Source of the DNA: Octopus sinensis
Taxonomy: Eukaryota
Length of the DNA: 64,000 bases
Reading direction: 5' to 3'
NCBI RefSeq assembly: GCF_006345805.1
Contig: NC_043008.1
Location: forward strand, 43,524,001 to 43,588,000
Positions 1 through 11,832 of this stretch are shown here, one piece after another (positions within the stretch are counted from its first letter, which is position 1; every line of letters starts with the position of its first letter). A program made the position numbers and the translations under genes. The notes beneath the pieces were generated by a model. The model searched no databases, had not been told where the DNA came from, and worked only from the letters and a program-made list of their open reading frames with translations.

Positions 1-414
1 GTTTGTCAAAGAACGAGTTCGTGTGTGTGTTGTTGTTGTTATTTGTGTGTTTTTTTTGTTTTTGAATCTTTGTTTTACATGTCATTATTTTTCAATTTTT
101 CGACACACTGTTTGTATGCTAAGTTATATATTTTTATATTTTTTTGGTATATGTTTTGTTCGATGTAGATTCTTTTGAACGCGGTTCTCGTATAGGATGA
201 CGTTTTTTATTGACTTTAAGTTACACAATGAAATTAAATTAAAATCAATTTTATAAAAATATGACATTTCCGGCAGGCCCCGGCGCTGGGTTTTCTTCCA
301 ATCCAAAACAATTAAAGTCTCTACAAAAAATAAGCTAAAATGAAAAGCAATTTCTTCAGGAAGTCTTGAAAATTGAGAATTCTCGAACATTTTTATCGTA
401 TCCAGGCGAATATT

Positions 415-511
415 ATTATTGTTATTATTATTATCAGTAGTAGTAGTTGTAGTAGTAGTAGTAGTAGTAGTAGTAGCAGCAGCAGTAGTATTAGTAGTAA
501 TAGTAGTAGTT

Positions 512-594
<83 letters not shown>
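415..594. repeat. Compound (TAT)n/(TAG)n/(CAG)n microsatellite
   Basis: Direct reading; source of the poly-T, poly-S and poly-V ORFs. Confidence 0.95.
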
Positions 595-595
<1 letters not shown>

Positions 596-935
596 TGGCA
601 CATCGTTAGCAAATGCCCGAATCTGGCATAACGTGCATAAAAAAAGACGCCATCGCAATGTGGTAAGAATGATCCATTGGGAGCTCTGTGGAAATCACGG
701 CCTACAAAGAGCAAAGATGTGGTATGAGAGAACCCCAGGAGTCACTGAAAACGAGAATTGTAAAATCCTGTGGGATGTGATCCAGTGTGATCACCTGACC
801 AGACATAGGAAACTGGACATCGTTGTGATGAATAAAAGAGAAAGACCATGCATGATAATTGACATAGCATGGCCTGGTGACAACAGGATCAATGTGAACG
901 AAGAAGAAAAAATTATACAGGAGCTATGTATAAGC
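590..935 (+). mobile_element. R4/Dong-like non-LTR retrotransposon C-terminal fragment (restriction-like endonuclease)
   Basis: HIVSKC...RRHRNVVRMIHWELC...KILWD...KLDIVVMNK...CMIIDIAWPGD; interrupted frame. Confidence 0.8.
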
Positions 936-939
936 GTTA

Positions 940-1720
940 TATATATATATAGGCTTCTTAGCTTTCTGTATAATGTTTATGCGTAGGCTTTATTGACTTT
1001 ATATATTGGTTTTAAGTATGGACTTTATTATAGGCTTTCTATATAAGCTCAATGCATAGGCTTTAGTAATATGGCTATATATAAGCTTTATGTAAAAGCT
1101 TTATGTACAGGCTTTATGTACAGGCTTTATATACTCTTTACTCTTTTACTTGTTTCAGTCATTTGACTGCGGCCATGCTGGAGCACCGCCTTGAATCGAG
1201 CAACTCGACTCCGGGACTTATTCGTTTGTAAGCCCAATACTTATTCTATTGGTCTCTTTTGCCGAACCGCTAAGTAACGGGGACATAAACACACCAGCAT
1301 CGGTTGTTAAGCGATGCTAGGGGGACAAACACAGACACACAAACACACACACACATATATATATACATATATACGACGGGCTTCTTTCAGTTTCCGTCTA
1401 CCAAATCCACTCACAAGGCTTTGGTAGGCCCGAGACTATAGTAGAAGACACTTGCCCAAGGTGCCACGCAGTGGGACTGAACCCGGAACCATGTCGTTGG
1501 TAAACAAGCTACTTACCACACAGCCACTCCTGCGCCACATATATATATGTATTACCTATCGGCCTTATGAATAAGCTTTATCTAAAAGCTTTGCATATAT
1601 GCTTTATGTATAGGCTTTATATACGCGTTCTATGTATAGGCATTGTCTATAGGCTTCATAGCCTATAGTCTTTGTGCATAGGGTTTATGTATAGGCTTAA
1701 ACATGCGCTTGGTATATAAT
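940..1720. repeat. Degenerate ~13-bp TATAGGCTTTATG minisatellite, interrupted by a SINE
   Basis: Repeated tataggc motif at 940-1130 and 1560-1720. Confidence 0.8.
1134..1536 (-). mobile_element. tRNA-derived SINE family A (full length)
   Basis: Head GGCGCAGGAGTGGCTGTGTGGTAAG, GGTTCAGTCCC B box, internal (TA)/(GT) tract, (GTAAAAGA)n tail; many copies in the window. Confidence 0.9.
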
Positions 1721-2223
1721 CTTTATTCACTTACAGCATCGTCGCCATAAACTCCACAAATGTTTTTGCAAGTCTTTGCAGCATTTTCTCCTTTTTATAA
1801 AAAACAAAAGCATTGCGATACGAATATGAAATTTTTGGTTATCCATTTCAAATGTCAATAAAAGGGAATCGGAATGAAAGATAAATCTATCTTTAGTCAG
1901 AAACAAAGAACGGGTGCACTACCACTTCAAGCAACGCCAAGGTTTTATCTATGTTACGTTTCAGGTGTGTTCGATGAAGCGCTATAAGATTTAGATTAAA
2001 AAAAGCTCGGAACTTTCTGGACAACCTAATATATAGTTTTTTATTCACTCGCTGTTTATTTTCTCTTATTTCTTTCGGTTGAAGGGCGTAGGCTCGAAAC
2101 ATAAAAGACTTTCTCACCTTCCCAAGCGTCAAACTAATACACCTGCTTGTTGTTTACACACCCGTCTTCCTCTTTCGTTTGTTTGTTTTTTGTAAATTCC
2201 AACTATACACACACACACACATA

Positions 2224-2255
<32 letters not shown>

Positions 2256-2384
2256 CGCATATATATACATATATATATATTTATATAGCGTGTGTGGTGT
2301 ATGTAATATATATATATATATAATATATATATTATATATTTATGAGTGTATATATGTATATATATATGTGTGTATATATGTATA

Positions 2385-2420
<36 letters not shown>

Positions 2421-2474
2421 GAGGAGAGAGAGAGAGAAAGAGATATGCACACACACACAATCACATATATAAAT

Positions 2475-2505
<31 letters not shown>

Positions 2506-3630
2506 GACTATATATATATATATATACACGACGGGCTTCTTTCAGTTTCCGTTTATCAAATCCCCCCTCTCACACGGTTTTCGTCGACCAAAACTAGAGA
2601 ACTATACTAAAAGATACTTGCCCAATCTGCACGCAGTGGGACTGAACCTGGAACCATGTGATTGGGAAATAAGCTTCTTACCACACAGCTGCACCTGCGG
2701 CTATATCTACTTTTCTTACGACTAAGATTTCTTTCTTATTAAATAAGTGGCTGAATATACCATGGGTAAGCGTAGCGTCAACGTAATTCTTTTGCGGAAT
2801 TAACGTAACACGATGAATGTCACAAGGTTGGCTGAATTTCTTGAATTAGGGGGATATTTTAACCACGCGCTTCAGTACAGTTTCCATCAACCCAGTTTCA
2901 CTAACAAGGCTTGGGCCGACCAAACAGAGGGTACTTGTCTAAAATGCCACGCAGTGGGATAGAACACAGACTCTTGTGATTGCGAACCAAGCTTTTTAAC
3001 TATTGTAACTTCATTAGCCATTACAGTACAATATAATGTGATCTGAAAGGGATTTGACTGCTATTTCTACCAAATCGAACACTAATTGTGATGCTCAGCC
3101 ATTGACTATTGTTGGTGTACGTTTAACCCCAGGACAACATCGATCCAGTAGATGGATGATGGGGGCCTTCCATGCCTTAATGCATCTAAGACTACATTCG
3201 AAGGGTTTCACTGTTCCTTCTTTTGCTATTAGTGTTATCGTATCGTTGAATACTGCGCCTTTCGATTCATGTTGCTAAAAATATTGGTAGTTATTTCGGT
3301 TTTAATTTGATATAACTAGGCTATTTTGCATAAACATATTGGGTTATATTTCACCCCACCCCCAAAAGAAAATTAAGAAGTTATCGTAAGGAATGTCAAC
3401 TCACTCAAATAACCCAAACTTTTTTGATTGATTTCATTAAAAAAATTTTTTTTTAATATTGAGGCGAAGTTACTGGCGGCAAGAAATTGATAGAAATACG
3501 ATCAAAGGTAAATAACTCTTGTTGCTACTTTAATATTACTTATCTCCCTTAGACCGTTATTGCTTCCCAATCGTAATACATGTTCTGATTGGGTTTTTTT
3601 AGTCTGCTATGAAAAGTTATTTTATATAAA

Positions 3631-3975
3631 TAGAAACCTGAGCACCAAACAGTTAATTGTTAATCAACGAAGTTAACGTTTCCGTTAACGATTTACCTTT
3701 TAATTTAACTTTGGATATCATTTTCGGATTAATTAAATTGAGTTAACTTCTGTTAACTTTAATTCCATTGAAGTTAATGGATTTTATAGTTTTGACACAT
3801 TTTAAAAGTATTTTTAGTTGGTTTTAAAGCAAAACCTGTGTTTTTCTTTTTATTTACTCTATCATAAAAATTAACGTTAACGGTTTATCGATAATTTCCG
3901 TCACTGATTCACGGTTAACGAGGTTAACTTTTTGGTTAACGGTTAACTTTTCGATTAACGGTGCTCAACTTTGTA
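3631..3975. mobile_element. Putative non-autonomous DNA transposon rich in GTTAAC motifs
   Basis: Imperfect terminal inverted repeats tagaaacctgagcac / gtgctcaactttgta. Confidence 0.55.
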
Positions 3976-4612
3976 TAAATATTATACAGATGTGGTATAC
4001 TGCGATATAAATGGAATTAGAGAAATATCCTGCATCATAATTGCTACAAAAATTCGTAAAACCTAACCGAAAATATTCTAATTAAAACTTTAAATAAATG
4101 TTATGTTGTTATATATCTTGTTCGCCAGGATGTCTTGTATTTGAGATCATGGTGAGTTCAAATTACGCCGGGGTCGACTTTGCCTTTCATCCTTTCGGGG
4201 TCGATAAATTAAGTACCAGTTAGGCACTGGGGTCGATGTAATCGACTTAATCCGTTTGTCTGTCCTTGTTTCTCCCCTCTGTGTTTAGCCCCTTGTGGGT
4301 ATGCTCTATATATAGGCTTCATGTATAGTAAAGAAATAGGTATTAAGATAAAGAGAGGAATATGTAGTGGGAGCAGGAGTAGAGAGAGAGAAAGACGGGA
4401 GGAGGAGGTACCATCAGTATGATATTGTGGTAGGAGGTAATAGCACAGTAAGGTGAGACTGACAGAGTGAAGATGTCTACGGGGAGGTAACTCGATATTC
4501 CCTCATCAGATTTGGTTCTACATTTGACTAAGGCATAAATGACGGCTGTTATTATAAACAGCAAACACATTCTGCTGAAATAAATAATAATATCTACATC
4601 ACCCGTCACAAA

Positions 4613-4694
4613 GGTAGCGTGGCCGAGCGGTCTAAGGCGCTGGTTTAAGGCACCAGTCTCTTCGGAGGCGTGGGTTCGAATCCCACCGCTGCCA
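4613..4694 (+). tRNA. tRNA-Leu(AAG)
   Basis: 82-nt GGTAGCGTGGCCGAGCGGTCTAAGGCG-CTGGT-TTAAGGC-ACCAG-TCTCTTCGGAGGC-GTGGGTTCGAATCCCAC-CGCTGCCA. Intact A and B boxes, long variable arm, anticodon AAG at 4647-4649, T-runs at 4702-4705 and 4712-4724. Confidence 0.97.
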
Positions 4695-4949
4695 ACGTAA
4701 CTTTTCTCATCTTTTTTTTTTTTTGTATTTTATTTAAAAATATTATTTGGTATGCTGATGTTTCCTCGACACTCTTTTAGAATAGTTATCACTGACGAAT
4801 GGAGAACGAAATGGGATGAGGAGTCTGTGAGCAAAAGTGTAAAAGAAAAGCAGCTTCCAGTATATTAAATGTGGGAACACATCGTCATCGTCGAAATAAT
4901 AATACCAACTTAACCCTAACCATACAAAAAGCGTTAAGTGTATGCTCAA

Positions 4950-5390
4950 TATACAGGCTTCATGTATAGCTCGGTTTTATGTGTTGGTTTTATGTATAGG
5001 ATACATGTATAGGCTGTATGTATAGGCTTTATTATAGGCTTCATAAGCTCTATGTATAGACATTATGGATAAGTTTCATAGACTCTTTTATAGACTTTGT
5101 TTATAGGCTGTATGTATAGGCTCTATGTATTACAGCCTATACTAAGCTTATACATAAAGCGTTAATTATAGACCCCATATATAGGCTTTATGTAGGCTTT
5201 ATGCATAGGTTCTATGTATAGGCTTTATGTATAGGCTGTATATATAGGCTTAGGCTCTATGTATAGGATTCAAGGCCCTATGTATATGCTCCATGTTTAG
5301 GCTCTATGTATAGACTCTATGTAAAGGATGTATGTATAGGCGCTATGTATTGGTGGTTTGTAAAGGCTCTATGTATAGGCTTCAAGCATA
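4950..5390. repeat. Degenerate ~13-bp TATAGGCTTTATG minisatellite
   Basis: Same unit as 940-1720. Confidence 0.85.
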
Positions 5391-6076
5391 AGCTTTCAAA
5401 AATTCCAATTCTAAAGGGTCGGAATGAATTTTTTTGTGATGTCATTGGTTTTGAGCGAACGACGGATCAGCTGTTCCAATGCAGAGGAGTAATGTTCACT
5501 GTGTGAATGCATTAATTTTCAATGTTGTCAACTGCTACAGCGTTGAGTACAATTCAGCAATTTCAATTGATTTTTTGTGAGAAAAACTAATTGCATTAGC
5601 ATAAGACAGAACATTTGTCGGTTTAAGTGATTCTTATTTGTGGGTATGGCAGTCGTAGCAGTTGTGCGATCAGCATGCTGTTACTATCTACGATGTTCAA
5701 GTCAAACCTTCAATGGGTATGTTTTGATTTTACAGATTTTTTTTTAGTTATACATAATGTAAAATAGTCGATTTTATTCATTTTACAGGTACAATCACGA
5801 TTCATGTTGCCCACCCGTTTGGCTTCAAAATAACTTTTTTTTTTGTAACCACAAACTGTTCTTACTGACGTTTTGGATTTTCCTGTACTTTTTCTTAATG
5901 AAGACTGTTGCAGTGTTAACGTCTTAATAGATTTTCAGTGCAGTTCAAAACTTGAGCTTCATTTAAATGTACTGAAGTCGGCATTACACATTTGCAGCAC
6001 ATTCAGAGCAAACTTGAGCATCACCACACTATACTTTTAAAAGCACAACTAAAAAACAAACCCGAGCAATGCTGGG

Positions 6077-6370
6077 CTATACTGTTAGTTCTTCATATAT
6101 TGGAGAATTACAAATTTGAGCTGACTTTTCTGATAGTGGATTTCTGCTTTCACATACATCTAGAGGGTTAAGCTGTGAAGACGTTGATCCTTGACAGGAC
6201 TCAACTGAGCTGGGATTTTGCATGTAGCAATAGTCATGCTCTTCAAATCCTTGACTGGGTTCATTAATACGAACTGGAGTGTTTATTTGCATGGGGAAAT
6301 AACCTTGTTCAGCAACGTCTTGAATTGTTGATGTGTTAGCATTGTTTATACTGTTCTGAGCGTATTGTAT
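6077..6370 (-). CDS. Membrane protein probable last exon (cytoplasmic tail)
   Basis: ttgcag acceptor, 98-codon open frame IQYAQNS...EHDYCYMQ...SPIYEELTV*; the link to the TM exon needs one or more intervening small exons. Confidence 0.65.
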   Translation of the reverse strand: MQYAQNSINNANTSTIQDVAEQGYFPMQINTPVRINEPSQGFEEHDYCYMQNPSSVESCQGSTSSQLNPLDVCESRNPLSEKSAQICNSPIYEELTV

Positions 6371-6400
6371 CTGCAATAGACAATATGTGTATATATATAT

Positions 6401-6454
<54 letters not shown>

Positions 6455-6642
6455 CTTATATATATATATATATATATAATACATGGAAAGAAACAAGTTT
6501 AAAATAATGACTATTACATATTTTCCTTTACTGGAGCAAAGAATTTATATTCTAAATAAATGATACAGAAGATGGAGCATGTAAATATGTATATATATAT
6601 ATGTATGTATATGTATATATGTATATATGTCTATATATATGA

Positions 6643-6683
<41 letters not shown>

Positions 6684-6765
6684 ATAATATATATATATAT
6701 GTGTGTGTGTGTGTGGTGGTGGTGTGTGTGTGGTGTGTGTGGTGTGTGTGTGTGTGTGTGTGGTG

Positions 6766-6796
<31 letters not shown>

Positions 6797-7445
6797 TGTG
6801 TGTCTGTGTCTGTGTGTATAAAGAGAGAGAGAGGATTTAGAGACAAAATGCTATTTAGTAATTCGATCAATACTGAACGTTACTATCTATAAAAACCATA
6901 TAGAAAGTAATTAAATATATTATAATTATTATTCTAAAAATCACAAAACAAAACAAACATTATTTCCACTACGCGCATTTCATGACCAAATATATAAATT
7001 GATAACATTAAAAGTTAATATTAATTCGATTTAAAAATATAGCCACTCTTCAGGTCAAAAAATAACATAAAATAAATGAAGATATTATATAATTAAACAA
7101 TAAATATATAAATATATGTATTTTAACAGTAAATAATCAATAAAATTTAACAATAATTAGTAAAAAGTGCTGATATTCTTTTCCCATATTATCTATCAAC
7201 AATATTTTAATTGAAGGTGGGTGATTACTATTAACATTTATATATCTAAGGTTTTCATTAATTTTATGGAATGGTTGGGTTTTACCTGTTATTAAATTAA
7301 AATTAGCATCTAAATAATTAACATTATAGTTCTCTTTATCTATAGTAATACCTAATCCATATCTTTAAAAAGAACTATATAGTTTCTTCTTATATATATG
7401 TTCTATTGGTGTTCTATTGGTTTTTCTCTCATTGCACAAAAAATT

Positions 7446-7519
<74 letters not shown>

Positions 7520-7601
7520 GTGTATGTATATATGTGTGTGTGTGTATGTAGTATGTATGTATGTGTGTATGTATGTATGTACGTATGTATTACATATAGA
7601 C

Positions 7602-7661
<60 letters not shown>

Positions 7662-10600
7662 CATCTATATATATGTATGTATATATAGACAAATACATAC
7701 ATGCAAACACACACACGCACAAACTCAAGAAGGGAATAAAACAAGAGTAAAGATTAATGATATATGTGTTTACCTGATTCTGAGAACGATGATGATGATG
7801 ATCAAGAATGATATGATGACTGCAAGGGTGCCAATAACTAAAGAAAAAAAAAACAATAAGATAGTCAAACAATATTTTAAGTATATTAAGTAGAAGCTAA
7901 TATACCTAATGTAATTATCAAAAACAAATTGATCACCATTAAAAATTACTAATGTAATTAAAAAGAATTCATTAATTTTAATGATAATTGCCGTCAAAAT
8001 TAAGGGAGACAATTCCTAGATGAAAACTGATAAAAAATTTGAATGTGGACATGCTTTAAGAAGAAAGACTGGTCATTGCCAGATATGGGAGATAAATCTA
8101 GATATATTTCGGTCTTATTAAACCTCTACAGTAATATATATTGGTATTCATTTTTACCAGACCCCAACTCTCCCTACTGCATAGTCCCATTAGATATTCT
8201 TAAAACAGTTTGAATGGTGAACTTGTCACTCCTCTTTTGGACAAGGATTACCTTTATTACTATTGATTTTTCGTTTCATCATGAGTGTAATTTTTAACTC
8301 TTAACTCCTTGTACTACATCCCAGGAGTTGTACAAACCTTGTCCCTCGTTCATTTGGAGGGATAAAGCCCTAATCCTTTCTTCCATCATTCAGTTTCATT
8401 TTGTCACAGAATTATTACAAGACTTGGAAAATTTCAATATGATTTTAGGAGTTAATTAATTCCAAGTTTTAGTGTTAGGGAGTTATTATGCTAAGTTTGT
8501 TAATTTCACTTAACTTTCTGTATTTCATTCTGATATTTTTGCTGCAGTTTTTAAACTGTCAAACACCAGCTAAATAATGGCAAATTCATTTTCCTAGTTT
8601 CTCCTTTATTTTCAAAATTAGTTAAAACAAAGGTAGAATATTTGAAATAAAAAGGGACAAACTCATTCAAACTTTCTTGGTGCAGTTATTAAACTGTTGA
8701 TCGAATTCAATATTGAGTTTTGAGAAAAACCCACTCTCAAGAATAAAATCATGTTTGAGAGGAGCTAACTGTTATCCATACCTCACAATCCTATTTCTTT
8801 ATTACCCACAAGGGGCTAAACACAGAGAGAACAAATGGATTAAGTCAATTACATCGACCCCAGTGCGTAACTGGTACTTAATTTATCGACCCCGAAAGGA
8901 TGAAAGCAAAGTCAACCTCGGCAGAATTTGAACTCAGAACGTAACGGCATACGAAATACTGCCAAGCATTTTGTCTGGTGTGCTAACGTTTCTGCCAGCC
9001 CACCACCTTTTAGTGTAAGGGAGTTATTACGTCCACATGGATTGTGCCATGCCTCACAATCCATGACAGAACATGACCCATATTTTCAATACATGACGTT
9101 AAGTGGCTACCATTCCAGTGATAATCAAATAATTATTACAGAATTTCTAACTTCTAAATTCACCCAGAGGACATTAGATCTTCAGCTTTGAGCTCTTGTG
9201 GAAGACATTTGCCCAAGGTACCATGTAGAGGGACTGGACTTGAAAACATGGAGTTTCAGAAAGAAACTTAAATAATGAAAATATATTTGATGATAAATGA
9301 AGACAAAAATAATTACCTATTTTCATAATGTTCGTAACATTCGTAACGTTTGTAACGTGACATGATTTATTTGATTGTATTTTCTCTCCTTTCTCCTCTA
9401 TAAAGTAAAGAATAAATTTTCATTAAAACTTGACAAAAATAACTCTGAAATATGCAAATATTATTATTGAACTGAGAAGTCCAATCCTGTTTCATATGAG
9501 GATTGTCCATCTGATGATTTCCATCAACTTCATCATCATCATTATCATCGTTTAATGTCCGCTTTCCATGCTAGCATGGGTTGGACGATTTTGACTGAGG
9601 GCTGGCGAACCAGACTCCAATCTAAGTTTATACAGCTGGATGCCCTTCCTAACACCAACCACTTCGAGAGTGTAGTGGGTGCTTTTACATTTAATTAAAC
9701 ATGGCACTTTGTTCTGGTATTCCCTCTTTCCAATAATTACACCACTCTCTCACTTCCCTCCACTATGATTTCTACATGTTTTCTCACCTCAAACTGGAAT
9801 TCTTTTATTCATTTATTCTTTTATTTGTTTCAGTCATTTGACAGTGGCCATGCTGGAGCATACTCTTGGGTTGGTTGCTTCCTGCATTATCCATCCAACC
9901 AGTTGATGTTTGTGTATATGTGAGGAAAATATGTATGTGTATAAGTGTGTGTATTTATACTAATGTTGATGTCTGACATTTAAAATAAACAATATTTAAA
10001 TAAGACAATTTCAGATACACTGTATACCTTTTGGTATTCGAGTAAATTCTGTCACCGAACTATTCTGCAATTTTCTTTCTTCATTTGTTTTGAATTTAAA
10101 CTCTGGGTGATTCTTGGTTAAGCTTATCTGAAATGATAGATTTAAAACATCGTTAACATAGCTCAGTTGTTAAGGCACTGATAATGGTTTTCCTCAGTTC
10201 CCTGCCAAGGTGTTGATGTTGTTTGTCCCTACACTCTCTATTTGTATTTTTTTTAGTGGGGAAGACATTTTAAGTACTTTCCCACCCACCTTCCTCCAGG
10301 TCAATCAATCAATCAATCAATCAATCAAATCAATCAATCAGTCAAACAACTAATGATATTCATTACACAAAAGTTTAATAAGTAGATTCTTCGGATTGAC
10401 TTTTTTAACTAGGTATTTGTGATACCTGTGCTGATGGCACGTAAAAAGCACCATCAGTACGTGGCCAATGCCAGCGCCACCATGACTGGCTCCTGTGCTG
10501 GTGGCACGTAAAAAGCACCAACCGATTGTGGCCGCCGCCAGCCTCCCCAGGCACCTGTGCCGGTAATACATAAAAAGCACCCACTACACTCTGAGTGGTT

Positions 10601-11795
10601 GGTATTAGGAAGGGCATCCAGTTGTAGAAACACTGCTTGATCAGACTGGAGCCTGGTGCAACCTCCTGGCTTGCCAGACCTCGGTCGAACCGTCCAACCC
10701 ATGCTAGCACAGAAAACGGACGTTAAATGATGATGATATATATCTATCAACAGGTTATTGACATTTCTGATTTTTATTAGAAGACTGGCAGTCCATGCTA
10801 CACTGATGGTAGAATGTAGATTTATACTGAAAAATTCATGAAATAGTCAACAATTATACACTGCTCCCACTGCTTGCAGCAGTAAGATGTAACACTTTGG
10901 GGTAGGTATTTGCAGTGAAGTGGAACAGACCAGTAAGAGTTAAGTAACATTGGAGATGAATTTTCAGTTGTTCAGTTGGGGGTGGGGAGACACTTTTTGA
11001 TGGAAGTGTTCAGTTGATTACATTGACACCATCCTCCTCCTCCTCTCATCATCATCATCATCATCCTCATTTGTGTCCTGGCACCAACACTAGTGAAGAT
11101 TGCCTTGCAACTTGTAAGGCTAAAGCCCTAAAGTGGCCCCTATGGAAGAGGGAGAACAGAAGAGTGGGAGGTGATTCTAGGAAGACGGATGGGGGGATGG
11201 TAAATGAGAGGTGAGGGGTGGGGAATAAGGCAAGGAACAGAATAAGAGGAAAGGGTTGAGAGAAAACAGGAGAGATAGAATTAAAAGGGGATGGGAGGGG
11301 TTTTGTGTATATGTAGTAGGGGCCAGGTCTAGAGCAGTCCATCATAATAAGAATGTTTCAGAAAAGAACTAGAAGAAAAGTTGGTTCCACTGAGAGTTTG
11401 GACCCAGCCATTTTGAAGCATGAAATTCACTCCCCTAAAACATGCAATCAGGCCCCTATCATCTTTAGATGTTTTAAAATAACTGAAGAAAATAACTTCA
11501 CTTCACTGATTCTGAAGGATTTATCGAAGAAATGGAGTTTTAAGCTTGTAACTTCATCGTCTTCATACGTCTTTAGATTAAAATACATGATATGACTATC
11601 TCCGTAAAAAGTGGAACGATTCCATGTCAAGTTTCTGGAGAAAGAAGATAACTTGTCTTGAATAAATTCTACAACAAACTTTCTTTCTTGTTCTTCAGGA
11701 GAAATAACTTTCAACAGCCAATTTTTGCCTGAAAAATAAAGTTAGAAAACATGTCTTTTAGTGGTGTGTGTGTGTATAGATTTATATGTATATAT

Positions 11796-11832
<37 letters not shown>

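Noticed and set aside
11350-11480. Alternative-frame continuation [20 protein letters not shown] after exon 10 (possible frameshift)
   Set aside because: The junction FRISE|[10 protein letters not shown] matches the FDISK|IVMTG pattern without invoking an indel, so it is not needed.
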